Source: Trichoplax adhaerens (Eukaryota; Animalia; Placozoa). Taken from it: a stretch of 64,000 nt of DNA. The notes under the pieces were generated by a model, which had not been told where the DNA came from, did no database searches, and saw nothing but the letters and a program-made list of their open reading frames with translations. The position numbers and the translations under genes are program-made. The stretch spans positions 1,272,569-1,336,568 of the forward strand of contig NW_002060961.1 in assembly GCF_000150275.1 (NCBI RefSeq), in the 5' to 3' direction. Position 1 is the stretch's first letter; each line of letters begins with the position of its first letter. Below, one piece after another: positions 27,201-42,200 of the stretch.

Positions 27201-30200
27201 ACGATATCGGCAGCTACGATAAATGATTTTGGCACCTACCAATGCCAATTTAGTAACTCAAGAGGAATAACTCTGAGCCGCAATGCATCCATCAGGATTT
27301 TTGGTAAAGTCTAATGAATATTTATGCGAATTTAATATATTACTATTGGTACTTTATATCAATTGTGGTTTTTTTAGCTTTACGTATGGCCTACTGTAGA
27401 TCGAAATGAGATGTAAAGCCCTATTTCATCTAGTTTAATTGAGCTACTATGCCAATTATTGTTGATATTTACAGCTATAAGAAATTTCGATACTTTCTTC
27501 GTTAATTACAAAGTAGAATATTTATTTTAAAGCTTAATGTTATGCTGCTATGCTCCAATATTAAGGTAATAGGGTCTAATTAGGATCACCTGCCAAAATA
27601 CCTCGTTTAGTGTTGCATAGAAAAAACTGCTCTTGTTTCGTACTTCAGAACCCTACCATATCTTATACAACCATTATTCGTTGTAAAAATATTTTGACCT
27701 TCGTTATGATCATCAGCAAACAGTTAAAATTTAAGTTAGTATGACTCAGTATATCGCATCTTTAGCAGCTTTTTAGTAATTAGCAACGCTCATTTTGCAC
27801 AATAACATCTAGTCTAACGTTTTGGCTTTCTCTCATCTAGCAGAAAGGCAATTTCTATAATCCCATTTTAGTCTTATTGAATCAACTTCTACTCCTTCTA
27901 TTATGATATCTACTTACGTTGACCTATATTTCAGTGCTGCATTGCTTCATGTAACGATATCTCCTACTACTAAATCAATTGCAAAGAGCTATTTATTTAT
28001 TCTGTTAAATTTTATATAACAGCGCTGTTGTCATTGCTGCTTTTTCGCTCTCATTAAGAACAAATATTGACTCACATTAGGAGAACAAACTTCTTTATTT
28101 TAGTTACGAAATATCATTGCTTTACTTATACTAAAAGGAGTAGAATGGCTTTCTGACATTTTGCACACAATTCGTCATGAATATTGGAGCACAGTTTATT
28201 ATTGTATAAATATCGACTCATTTGTTTATCATTTTTGATTGAATATTTGCTTCGAATAGATTTCAAGCAAGTTTCGAGTCGTGGTCGGGATTTCTGTCTC
28301 GGAATTTATAGCCAACATCCTTCAGCAAATACTCCAATACCTTATATCCTTCTAACGGCATATAATCAAACTGCTAACGTTATTATTTTCAACAATTACT
28401 TTAAAAGCACCGTTAGACGTACTCTTGCTCCATATGAAACGGTAGCAATTAGTATAAGTAACTTCATGGTAAATGATGCTACAGGAAAAACATCCAAAGT
28501 GTTCCATGTTCTATCGGATCATGATATAACAGTCAAATTATACACAATATTTAAATTCACTACTGACGCAAGTCTAATTCTACCTTCTTCATTTTATGGT
28601 AAGAAATACGTAGCAGCAACTTATGTACCAGCCCTTAATGCAAGAATTTTAATCTTAGCCCATCAAAATGATACAACGGTTAGCATTCGCTTTCCTCGCG
28701 GTACCTATTACAATGGTCAACTTTATACTCGCGATCGACCATTATCTATCAAATTAGAACAATTTCAAGGCTTTTTATATCAAATAAATTATGATTTGAC
28801 TGGAACAGTAATTGAATCGGACAAAGGTGTTGCAGTTATAACCGGCAATAAGTGTGCTAACGTCCCAGTTGGGGTAACTTTCTGTGATGTTTTAGTCCAA
28901 CATCTCCCTCCTATCGAGGCGTTAGGTCGAAATTATATCTTAAAGGCGTTAGATGGTAGAAAGGCTTACACAGTCTATCGTGTCATAGCAGCGTATGATA
29001 ATACTGTAGTGACGAAATCCTATCCATTCCAGACCTTTATCTTGCAACGCCAAGGCTCATTTTACGAATTTCAATTGCTAAGCGGTCAAGGAACTAATCT
29101 TGTATGTGATAGGCCATGTTTGGTTGTTAAGTATGGAGTAGGAATCACTGCAGACAGCATCACTGGCGATCCTTTTATAATTGCTGTTCCATCAGTGGAT
29201 GATTTTGATTCTAATTATATTGCCAATGTTCCACGGGATATATCCAACTTTTTATCTTTGTTTCCGGTTAATTATTTGCAAGTTATCGTAGAGGAAAGTT
29301 TTAAAGAGGGGCTAACACTGAATGGGACTGCATTTCCTAAAGTCAATTGGCTACCAATACGGACACTTAGGAATAAAAACTACATGGTAGCTTCCATTCC
29401 TGTAGGTATTGGTACCTATAAGCTGGCTAATAACAATAGTAATGCCACTTTTGGACTACTCCAATATGCTTGGAACAGTCAATCGACATCTTATGGTTTA
29501 TCAGCTGGTATTAAGGCAAAGATATTCATTTCATGTAAGTTTAAAAATTCCTCATTTATTTTCTAAGCTTTATCGTTAAATTATCTAGACTCCTATTAGT
29601 AGATACTTCCTCTAAATTGAGCTTTTCTGGTTAATAGTGCATTTTAATTTTGGAAGATTATCATTCTATTCAAATTTTTTATTGATGCCATAATTTTTTA
29701 ATCATTAATACTAATCTAGCTTGTGCAATGCCACCAATAATTTCGGTTAGGGAAACGACAGACCTAAATAACTAATATCTTACTCTGTGAGATAACAGTT
29801 TCCGAGAGGAGTCAAAACTATTTAATGAAGTATACTGCCTTCAAAATTCTGATTTAATTACCCCTATACAAAATAGGGGGGGGGGCTGTAAAAATTTAAT
29901 TCATAGAGAAAATATGTTTAAAGCATTCATCAGCGAATAGTATTTCAAGTATTATGCTCTTTTCTTAAACTTCGATCACTGCATCCACAGCTATCCAAAC
30001 TTGACAACTATAATTCCAAATAAACTATCGATTTTTGCTAGCAAATGTCTTGTAATGAAGCATCAAATTGAAATATTATTACTTTTGATAGCTATATTTC
30101 AAATATTGAACAGTGTACAGAAATCTTTCTGATTCGACTTTAACATCTTCCTATATATATCCTTATAAGTCATAGAAATCGCTATAATATTAAGTGTAAA

Positions 30201-33200
30201 AAGTAATTAATCATTTCAATGAGTAATTTATGATTATTGTTTTAGTGGATTATCCAAAGATTACGCAACATCCTGAAAGTGCAAATTTGCTGAATGGCAG
30301 TACAGCCNNNNNNNNNNNNNNNNNNNNNNNNNNNNNNNNNNNNNNNNNNNNNNNNNNGGAGAGCCGTTAGAAAATTATGATAACATAACGAATATTGATT
30401 ATTCAACTGTGAATAGTCTTTTATATCTACCAACTTCGGAGTTAAGCAGTGCAGATAATTACCAATGTCGGTATTCAAACTCTAAAGGAATAGCCATTAG
30501 TAATAAAGCCAACCTTTATGTTTACGGTATATATATATTTATGCTAAAATATTGGCATAGAATTGATTTTAAGACATGTAGTTAGCAATATTCTATTTAT
30601 TTTCATGATAATATGCATGCCTTAAATTAATTTCATTTACCGCATACTTTATCCGCAGAAATATTTTCAACAGCGTCCCTTAAGACTGCTGTAGGAGGAA
30701 ACATAACTCTATCTTGCTATGCTATTGGTTCGCCATTACCGACAATTACTTGGATGAAATCCGGTGAAATATTGTTGGAGTTTAATGATACAGAGTTGCT
30801 TGTTCGTTGAAAATGTAACATTGGAAGACAGTGGAGATTATCGTTGTACATTATCAAACCATATAGGCATGATATCAAGTAAAATTTCCAATATAATTGT
30901 TTATGGTAAGTCTTTTATTATTAATTAAAAATGTCAAGGTTTAATCTCTTAAACCTCAATGACAATGTACTGGAAACTTTGATTCATTTAAGATTCATCC
31001 AAGGATGAGTGATTAAGCTCTAATGAATTAATAGTTGAAGTAGATAATAAACAATTAATAGTTCTTACCGTAATTATTTAATACCGCTTGTTAATAGCCT
31101 AAACTGAAAGTCTTTTTTGGAAATTTCTATAGCGTACCCCATAATTGAAAATCTTACTGAGAGTGTTATGGTACCAAGAGGAAAAGTAATCGACTTACAG
31201 TGCCAAGGTTCTAGTTTGACGAAACCAGTGATGATATCATGGCTCAAAAACAATCTAATTTTAAGCCCTAACCAGTATATCATAACGCAGATAAATATTA
31301 CCGAAAATACAGTAGCGAGCCAATTAATGATAAATCCAGCAACCTATAATCATTCGGATATTTATCGATGTCGAGTTTATAACCCACATGCGGCCGTTCT
31401 ATCATCGAATATCGCAATTGTAATTCAAGGTATGGTACAGCAATGTGCCTAGTAGCGATAATAATTTATGTCCCCAAAAAGTTGGCCTAGATTTAGTTCT
31501 TTCTCAATCATTTGTATATATTTGTCATTCTCGCAGATCCGCCAAATCCAGTTCGTAATCTATCGATTAGCAACATAACAGCAGACAGCATTTCAGTCTC
31601 ATGGCTTCCACCTAAACATGATGGCTACTCGCCTATCATGAATTATACCGTCGAACTATTAAATGATCAGTCTTTACTGGTCATTAAGAATTGCTCATCT
31701 AGCCTGATTCCTACTCAGTGTCTTACTTTGACTACATCAGCAACTTTTCAAGGTCTTAAACCATTTACCGTGTATTACTTAAGAACATGGGCTAATAACG
31801 TGATAGGAAACAGTACAGCAAGCACACTTCAAGTTAAAACTGATGAGGCTGGTAAGATTACTAAATTTACTATGATAATTTTCAATATGCCGCTGTGCAT
31901 TAAAAATTTCTTGGCAAACTGTTACGTAGAAAAATAGTGATTAATTAAAAGTTCTAAATCAGAAATTTAAAAGTGTACATAAAAATATAATCAGATCTAA
32001 GATATATTGTATGCTAGTATTATCGTTATGCGAATATTGCCTAATTAGTTCTCAATTTACGTTACAGCCCCATCTCTTCCGATTCGCGCAGGTATAGCGT
32101 TAGGCTATAACTCGTCTAGTATTCAAATTAATTGGAAACCACCTGTAATAACCAATGGTATTTTGGGCTATCGAGTCTATCAATGGCGATCAAATCAAAC
32201 TATCAAAACATTAAAGAACTCTGTTTTAGTTTATGATGGCAGAAGCTTTCAAGCTAGTGCGACCAACTTAGAAGCAGATCATCTCTACTACTATCAAATA
32301 ATTCCTTATAACATAAAGTATGGCTACTTGGGTATAGCGAGTGAATTCATGAATGGAACAAGCCACGAGGATGGTAAATATATCGTAGTTACCGAATGAG
32401 TTTTATTATAAATATCTGCTCGATGGTAACTGACTAAATTGGGAAATTAATTGAGCGATACTACATAATAATATTAAGTGCCCTAAAATGCAGTGGTTCA
32501 AGTTACGGATATTACAAGGAAAAGATTACTTTGTATGTCCGTGCAATTATCTTCCAAAAAGTAATTAATATTTTAATCTTATAGAATCTTTAGTGAAAAG
32601 CAACAAAATTTAGGTCTTAGTCATATAAATGAAAGCGTTATAGCATTTAGTTGTTTATTTAACAATTTTTTTAGTTTTTGGTGCTATACTTATCTCTGTC
32701 AGGAGAGTATCAGTAGAATCCTCAGTTAGTTAAATCTTGTCGATTTGTAAGTCAGAAATTGTAAAGAAATACTAGGGAAAAATCCTTCAAGATGTTTGAT
32801 GTAACGATTCTGTCTGGGAATGTATTATTATTACTATTTATTAATGGCACTATACAACCAAAGGATTACTACATAGTATCATTAAATAAATTTTAGTAAA
32901 TGAAAATGTTTCATACAACATTGGGGATACCAGTATATTTTGTGAATTTATACAGTATATACACGATCACTATCCTATATACACGTATGACAAGTTTGCT
33001 TATAGCAATTGAAATTTATGATAAAGTACATTTATTATACCTAATTTAAATCAAATATCATCATTGAAATTTACTATACTTCACAATCCAAGGATTATTA
33101 TATAGTATCATTAATCGAAATTTAGTAAACGAAAATTATTCAATATGGGGAATATTGGTAAGCATTATAAATTTAGACACCGTAAACGCGATCGGAATTC

Positions 33201-36200
33201 AAACTATTAATTGTTTGCTTATTATAATTGCAACATAGAGTAAAGTGTATTTCTTAATTATGCCAAATTAGATATCGCAGGAATTGCTGATGATAAATCA
33301 ACAAATTTATTTTGGATAGCCTATAATAATATTTTACTGCTAACAGTTTCCTCTCTTGATTATGATTATATAGCACCAACAGCATACCCACGTAATATAA
33401 CTCTAATCAATTCATCATCAACTTCACTTTCTCTTCTTTGGCATACCATTCCTTTATCTGACCATAATGGTGTCATTATTCAATATCGAATTCGTTATAA
33501 TGCTACTCAGTGGAACCATTATGGAGAAGTTTATATCAGCGGAACAGCCAATATGACAACACTAACCAATTTAATGGCTTATACAACTTATAAAATTATA
33601 ATGAGTGCTGCCACTTTCGTCGGATACGGACCCGAAAGTCCGATAATATCAATGACTACGAATCAATCGGGTTAGATAACCTCTTTTTAATGGTATTTTT
33701 ATGATCGTAGGGGTGCTTTATGATATTATTAGTTTAGATTACTTTACCAGTAACTTATCAATCAGATAAATACTAGAATTAAAAACAGTTATATAATACT
33801 ATAAAAGTCTAGTCTTTAAGTTAGTACATTGTACTTACTGCATATACTTCACTAAATGGACTGCTTGCTAAAAAAACGGCGTAATATTTTATGTTGATTA
33901 GGCATTGCAGTAATTCGTAAAATAAAAAAAGTTTATGCCTAGTCAATCCTATACTACCATTTAAACTAAATATCTTTTTATATCGTCTCAATAATTACCA
34001 TTTAAATTGCATATAGTATTTCTTTTTTGTTACAATAACTAAGCATCTAAATTATTTTACCTGTAAAATTATAAGGTTATATCCGCCTTCTCATACTTTA
34101 AAAAATAACTTTGATTTAATATACTCATATACTGTCGTTTTCGTCATCAGTACCAAGTTTCTATCCTTTGGAAGTAAATGCTACGGCTATATCAGCTACT
34201 GCAATAAATGTGACGTGGAAGCCGCCACCCATGCTACATAGAAATGGAATTATAACCAGATATAGTGTACAGTACAATTCTAGTCTTGGCAATAGTGGAG
34301 GAATTATTTTCCTGAACGGGTCTTTAATGGCCGCAACTTTGAGAAATCTGCTTCCTTTTACTAATTATTCAATCACCTTGAAGGCCGCTACTATAATTGG
34401 GTTTGGACCTCAAAGTCCTAATATTACAGTAAATACGTGGGAAGCAGGTTAGCATGTAATTTGATTTTATATTTTCAAATCTGTTGTTATATAGATCAAA
34501 TGTATTATTTATTCTACTTTATCGATTTAACATCATGTTAGTACCTCAATCTTATCATCGAAATATTAGCGGCAAACCATTATCTGCTAAAGCTCTCTAA
34601 TTAGCTAGCTGCCACTTTCTTTAACCGATCGAAATGGCATTATAATAAGTTATAGAATACATTATAATTCAACTAGAGACAGTCATCACGGATCCCTTCT
34701 AGTTACGGCTCCAGCATTATTAACAATTATCAAAAATATGAAGCCATATACACAGTACTTCTCAACAGTAGAAGCAGTGACTAGCGTTGGATTTAGTCCC
34801 AGGTGTCCAACTTTAGTATTAACAAAAAGTCAAGCAGGTTGCTTTATGACTTATACATTATAAAAGCCTTTGCAATGAATATTCACCTCATTTGATGTAC
34901 AAATGGCTTTAGTTATACAGTATATCTCAGATAACCATATACCTTTTACTGATTCATGCTTAAATCTTATTGAACGATTGTACGCTCATTTATACTTCCA
35001 AAACTCTCTCTATGCTTCATATTTTAATTATATTGATTCATCATCGTGCATTATTGATTATAATTATGGCACGCAAAAATCTCAGTAAATTGTTCTAAAT
35101 CTACTTTTCGACTTTAAATGTTGCCGCAAATATCAACTTAAAGCTAAGACTATAATTTCCGCTGATTTTAATTAGCGATATTTATCATACTCAAATTTCT
35201 TCAGTTCGAGTTACTAGTAGTAGGATCGTTGGAGTCATAGTAGATCTAAATCTTGCATGAAAATTGCTCACTTTAATTTGATTTTAATTTACTTGATTTA
35301 TCAGCACCTACGTCATATCCTCAAAATCTTACCTTGTTGGCAGCATCCTCTTCCACCATTTACGTCAATTGGCAACCACTGGCCTTTTCTGATCGCAATG
35401 GTTATATAATTAATTATAGTCTAAGATATAATTCAATAAAGTTGAACTCCAGCGATACAATTTTTGTCAATGGCAGTATGAATTCAACAGCCTTAACCAA
35501 TTTATCCCCATTCACTACCTATAATATCGTCATTCGAGCTGCAACTGTCATTGGATATGGTCCTCCCAGTCCAAGTAAAGCAGCTACGACTCATCAAGCA
35601 GGTTTGAAGGAGGCATTGACTTAATAGAAATACTTTACGCGTGCTTTTACTTCCATTTAGAGACTTAATATTAGTAAATTGACGAAAATTTATAGTTCAT
35701 GTCATTGCAACTAAATTTATCTAATGTTACAGTACCTAGCTCCTATCCAACAAAGAGTAATGTCGTAGCAACATCAGCTACAAGTCTGGTCGTTTCTTGG
35801 CAAGCTCTTTCAGAGAGAGATTGGAACGGTGTAATAACTTCCTTTACCGTAACCTATTGGCATACTTCTGACATGTGGGATTATCATGGCTCTATTCAGG
35901 TTAATACAGCAACAAAAAATACGTTAATAAAATCGTTATCACCATATACTGTGTATAATGTTACTATCAAAGCTGCTACAAAAGTCGGCTATGGGCCTGA
36001 AAGCCCTATAATCTCTGCAAAAACTCATCAAGCAGGTAATGAAAGTGTACAAAGCTATTTCGAATCATTTACATCTAGCATATCCTTGTTGCCGCAGTAT
36101 TTATGGAGTTAAAACTTACTTATCATATTTAGCGCCTACTACAAGTCCTCAAATACGAATTTTATTCCGTGTATCGAATAACAGTGTTCAGATCCAATGG

Positions 36201-39200
36201 CAGGTTGCAATTAATATGAATACCGACCATCTCTGACTAAACTCACCTACTCATGTATGCCATTCTAATTAGTTTTATGCTTTTTAAAATTTGTATTACT
36301 AGGTTATCCAAGAAAGGAATAGAAATGGAGTTATATTGGGATATTATTTATTCCTGAATAACATGAAATTTAATATTATCGAAAATCGTACACTTTATTT
36401 AAATGAAACAACTTTCGACGGTGGCTTGAGAAACTGTACAGCGCGTAATTTGAAATATTTCTCTCGGTATCAAATTTCGTTGCAAGCATTTACGGTTGCT
36501 GGCGTTGGCCCTACTAGTAAAGGATATACCATAGATACATTAGAATCAGGTAAGACTCATTTCACTTAAAAATAATGCTTAAGTAATTTAACTCCGCTGA
36601 AAAGGTATGCTTATTGATATATACTTAATCTCTAAACTATTTGTTAACAATTTGAACAGTGCCTACTGCTCCTCCTCAGGTAGTTAATATAGCACCCACT
36701 ATACTCGGAGTTACTACAGCCAACGTTTCATGGACTATGCCACCAGTCATCCATCATAATGGTATAATTAGAGGTTACTATCTGAAATATTTTCGAATTA
36801 AATTTCCAATTAATCAGACCGTGATCAAGATTGGAAACAATACTCAGCATACACTTCTGAATCTTCAACCGAAGCAAAATTACTCTATACAAATTGCTGC
36901 CTCAACCTCGGTTGGAATTGGACCGTATACCAGAGCTCTTATTTACCAAACTCGTGAAGCAGGTATCTATCTTCTATTCAATTTACTAGCTAACTAAACT
37001 ATTTATGTTTTCTCATCTATCTGCAATTTTTTTAGTGGGGCCTGTTGTTACTCTATCACCTCAAAGCGTTACTGTAGTAGCCGGTAATGATGTCAATTTA
37101 GAATGCAGAGCAACGAGCGATCCCTACCCAACTGTGCAATGGAAAAAAGATGGTTTACCAGCTAGTTCAGTATACACAGTTATCTCCAATTTAGGATATA
37201 GCAGATTAAGAATTAAGTACAGCAATACTGGAGATAGTGGTTCCTATCAATGTCAGTTTACCAACGTTAAGGGCTCAGTGTTATCTTCCATTGCTAAAGT
37301 ATTAGTCGAAGGTGAGAATTAATTTTCTGCTGAAATAAAGATTTGCACAATTTTGATTTTAGATAATCGATTTGACAATATCCCACCCCTAGATAAAAAC
37401 ACTACTGGATTTTGTTTGGGCGAGGTATTAAATAATATGCGATGGGCAAAGACTGGTGCCGGTCAAATTGCAACAGCAGCCTGTCCAATAAGTATACAAG
37501 GTGATTCTAGAAACAATTTTCTCCAAATTTTCTGTAGATGTTGTAGCTATTATCGCTAATTATCATCAATAAGAGCAATGCTGAACTTAAAATACATATT
37601 TAATTTGAAATTGCGACATCAGATAAACGTTTACATATTCATATAAATGGTTTAAATACATTGGTTTATTATCCTAGGAAATGCAACGCGCTTATGCAAG
37701 CTTGGCAGTAACGGAATATCATCTTGGGAACCAGTAGATACGACTGGATGTAAGACTCCCTTCGTCTCCGCTATAGTCAGTTTGGTAAATTTATTCGTCT
37801 ATTATAAGTTCTAATTTCATTTATTTCATTCAGCATGATTGAAATTTTCTAAAATAACTGAAAAAATTTCTGGATAATAGGAGGATATATTAGACAAACA
37901 GGGCAAAAATGCTACAAGTCAAGTCATGACTGAATTGGATGTGGTAACTGCAAATAGAACTTTATTTGGAGGAGATATTGTAGCTACGATATCAGCACTT
38001 GAAAAAATTAACCGAGTTTCACAAATAGTAGATAAACCGTTATTAGAGGTTAGCGTTCTTTGATGTTGATTGTTGAGAAGCCATTTCTCTCATCTCAAAA
38101 ATTAGACGTGCGCATGTGAACTATTTGATAAGCAGAAGATTGCATTTTTACTAAAAATTTATATTATTATTAAAGAGCAAGTGATGTTGTTAAAAATGTC
38201 ATTGTAAGAAAGTTTCTGCCGTATCGTACTTTGACTCATCCTCTAACTTTTCACAACTACTGTTTTCTGGTTTTACTGCACCACAGAAATTTATTAAGAT
38301 TCAAAGTAATTTATTCAATGTCCGAAATAAAGAAGGTTGGAAATTTGCAAAGAAAGTGAGTAAAAGATTTCTTATACGCTTTCGTGAGTGAACAGAGATT
38401 CTGTTACTTAATCCGATAAATGCATAATTGTTAATAGCCATGAATTTTATCGCTATCTTTTATTATTTTCAGTAACATTTAATACAATTTAACTGGTATT
38501 TAATAGTTTTGCGGAGATTCAAATGGCAAAAAGTTGTCTATAATGGATAATTTAGAAGACTATGCCAGTAAATTTGATACTGCCGCTGGCAAATCCAATA
38601 TCTCTTCCTTGATCGGTGATATAGGTATAATTAAATTGTGGTCATATCAGCTTAAAATTTCATTTAAACCTGCATTAGAGCAAATAACGCCTTATTATTA
38701 AAATTTCTCACGTGTAACTCTTAAGAATTAAAATGTGGGGTAACTAAAAGTGTTACTGCATGTATAAATGTTAAATGTTGGAGGACGGTCGGTAATGGAT
38801 AGGTCATACTTCAATTATGGAAGATTCACGAGTAAATTGATTGATTCATTTAAATTTTTTAGGCGTGTTTATTTACAACATTAGTAGCTCCTTTGAAATT
38901 CATGCTAACATTTCGTTTTCGGATGAATCAAATTTGGCCACTGGTATTGAATTAGTCATACCAGGATTAGCTGTCCAAAAGCATCAATGTAATAGCAAAA
39001 ATTTTAATTATACTCGTATAATGAGTTAGAATGTGTTATCAGTGCAAGTAGTAGATTGTATTAACTTTTTTCACGAGATGGCTTTTAAATTTCAGTTACC
39101 AAATTGGTCATCGTCGTCTATCAAACTTTGAAAGATCTCATGCCGGCAACACTTTCGACGGATAGGTAATAAAACGCAACTACATAAGAATTAACATAGA

Positions 39201-42200
39201 TACACTAATTTCCTTTGACTGGTGTGATAGATATTGTGAGGACTTTTATGTACAATAATAAAACATTCACGACTCATCAATGACAGCCACTTTTATTTAA
39301 ATTTTAATATATTTTGATTGGTAATTTATTAACGTAGCAGCAATAGCTCAGATAAAGCCGTCAGAGTCGTCAATTCTCATGTGTTCTCTGCATCATTGTA
39401 TCCGAAAATATCGCAAAGCTTGTCCTTTCCAATTCGAATGACATTTATAAATGGAAATGTAAGACTATCATTAACAAATTTATACCTTCTTTAATTCGCT
39501 TTACCGCTATAAATTGTACATCTTGCAAAATAGTATAAAAAGTATGTGCGATATGCCTTATTCGGTATTTTTAATGTATTTAGAAGATAAATAGCTGCTT
39601 AATATTTATATCTCAGATATGAATTATTAGTAGTTTCGTATAAATTGATTGCAAATATTTTAGAAATGCTTATGTTGACCTTCGTTACATGAATTTTAAA
39701 ATACTTTATTTGTTGTAATTCTATTTTGTTATTGCCAAATTTGTCATTTTGAAATTTTATTACTTTATGTAACGTATAAAGGAAGCCCGTTTTAAATATT
39801 AAATTCCATTTACCTTTAAAATATAGCCAATTGAAGCTGGAAATACTTCAATTCAACGCTCATGTTCATTTTGGCAACCAAAATCAAGGTAGTATACTAG
39901 ATTCATAAGCTTCAGCGACGATATAATAGAAATAAAATTGTGATAATATTGACTTTGTCAGTGATTTATGATAGCAAACTTCGATCTTCTTAATGCTAAA
40001 AGTATTGGTGATATGTGTGAGTTACTACTCTTACAATATCTCGTAATGGAAATAGTTATATTACTTATTATTTAACAAGAGCTACCTATCATTATTTGGG
40101 ACATTTAGTATTCGTGCATATTTATAATAACGTAGTTAGTATCCACATTCATAGCTTGCTTGTCCTAAAATAATTGATGTGAAATTACCTTCATAGCCAA
40201 TGCGGTTGGTCCCCATCAGGTTGCTGGATGGGTTCGGAATCGAATTCGACGCATACCGTTTGCTATTGCAACCATACAACTACTTTTGCCAGCCTATACC
40301 ATGATGTACAGGTAGTTCTTCAAGCAGTAAAGAATACGATTTTAAATAAATATTGAAATTTCAATTTTGCATAAAATTAATTAATTAAAAAGGTATTACT
40401 TAAGAAACTTTCTTTTAAAATGATGATTAATTTAACATAATTAATACTTAATGAAAATGTAGGTAGTAAATTAAGTACTTGAATTTTTTAAATATACAAG
40501 TATTTAGATATATAAATTCTCTTGCCTGATCAAATTACTAGATTTCGAAGTTCCAATTTGAAGTTATTACCTACGTTGGATGTGGTATTTCGTGTTTACT
40601 TCTAACTATTACAGCTGTCATATATCTTATTTTCTGGAGGTATGATCCGTAAATTCTTGCAAGATAAATCTTTTGTTAATAGATTAAATTCAATCCTAAA
40701 CGAGTCATAAGAATGGAAGCTACTTAAAAATTATTATTTTCCTAACTTAAAACTTTATATTATCCTATTTGTGAAAGATGGATGAAAGTAATATAGCACT
40801 GCATTTAAACGTTGTATATCATTAGCGCTAACAGATTAATAAATTTTTTTAGATCAACCGTTACATCTAGATCGTTTCAGTGGTATATAAATATTGATTC
40901 TTCTATACTTACTTGCTAGCTACTGCTATTTAATGCATTATGTACTTAACTTTAATTGCTCAATTATATTAATTATAGGAAAAATAGGAAAACGCTTACA
41001 TTTATAAATCTCAATATCTTTGTCTGGCTTTTGCTTGCTAATATAATTACCATTATTGGCCTACCGCATACTCAGCCAGCGGTAAATGAATCAGTGCGAG
41101 AAAGTTTCTGATATTAAAATATCGAAAATATTATTATAGACATCATGCCTGATGTACGATGAAATTAATAGCCATAAAATTCAATAATGATTACCAAATA
41201 ATATTCTTTTTAGCAACTGTGCGCCGGAATTGCAACACTCCTTCATTTTACCATACTGGCAGCTTTTGCTTGGATGATGTGCCAGGCCATCCATCTAGTA
41301 ATGCAATCAACTCGTAGATTAACGAAAAAGATGTACAAGCTGTACAGTTGCATTGGCTATAGTAAGTGTACTAGATCGAAATTGTACTTATTTTTGATAC
41401 AGATATTTACAGTGCCATAACGCACAGTAGCTTAAAATTTTCATATTGCAATAGAGAATGATATAGATTGACCAATGAAATTTATAACCTGTTTTTTCTC
41501 ACTAATAAACGCGTTCTTGTTCCCTAACTAGTTTTGCCATTAGTGGCAGCCGTTGCAACTGCTGTGGTGACAATTGTTCTGACGGGGATTAAGAATTATC
41601 TTACAGATAATGTGTAAGAATGTAAAATGTATAGCTCCTGATTGTTGTTCAATTATAATTTATCTTTTAAGTAGCAGTAATTGCATATAATGCTTGAAAT
41701 TCAATCATTACTATTTAGCTCATTTCACTATCGTATTTATATTGTTAAAAATGCCTAGGTGTTGGTTAAGAAGTAAACCGCTCATAATTTCTGGATTTAT
41801 TGGCTTGACTCTGTCTATGACGCTCGTAAGAAATATTCTATTCTTTCAGTTATAGTATTTGATAAAAACCTCCTTTAATTTTTCTGTTTAGCTAAGTAAC
41901 TGCCATACTTTAAAAACCATTTTTGAAAATAATAGCTGTGTATCAGAGGCTATAATCTAATATAAGCAAACATTTTTAAGTCATCCATTTTAATTGCTTA
42001 TACAATATTATTACTTAAAAGTTCAATTAGTGATGTTATCAAAATAAACAAAAGATCTAGTACTAAACGTACTGGAAATTTTTGATATAAAAATAGCCAA
42101 TTGTAAGTCCATAGGTTGGACGTACTGATTTATCCATTCTAAGACTGGATGTCCTTTGAATTTTTGTAAAACTTAAGAAATTATTTTTTTTCTATGACCA

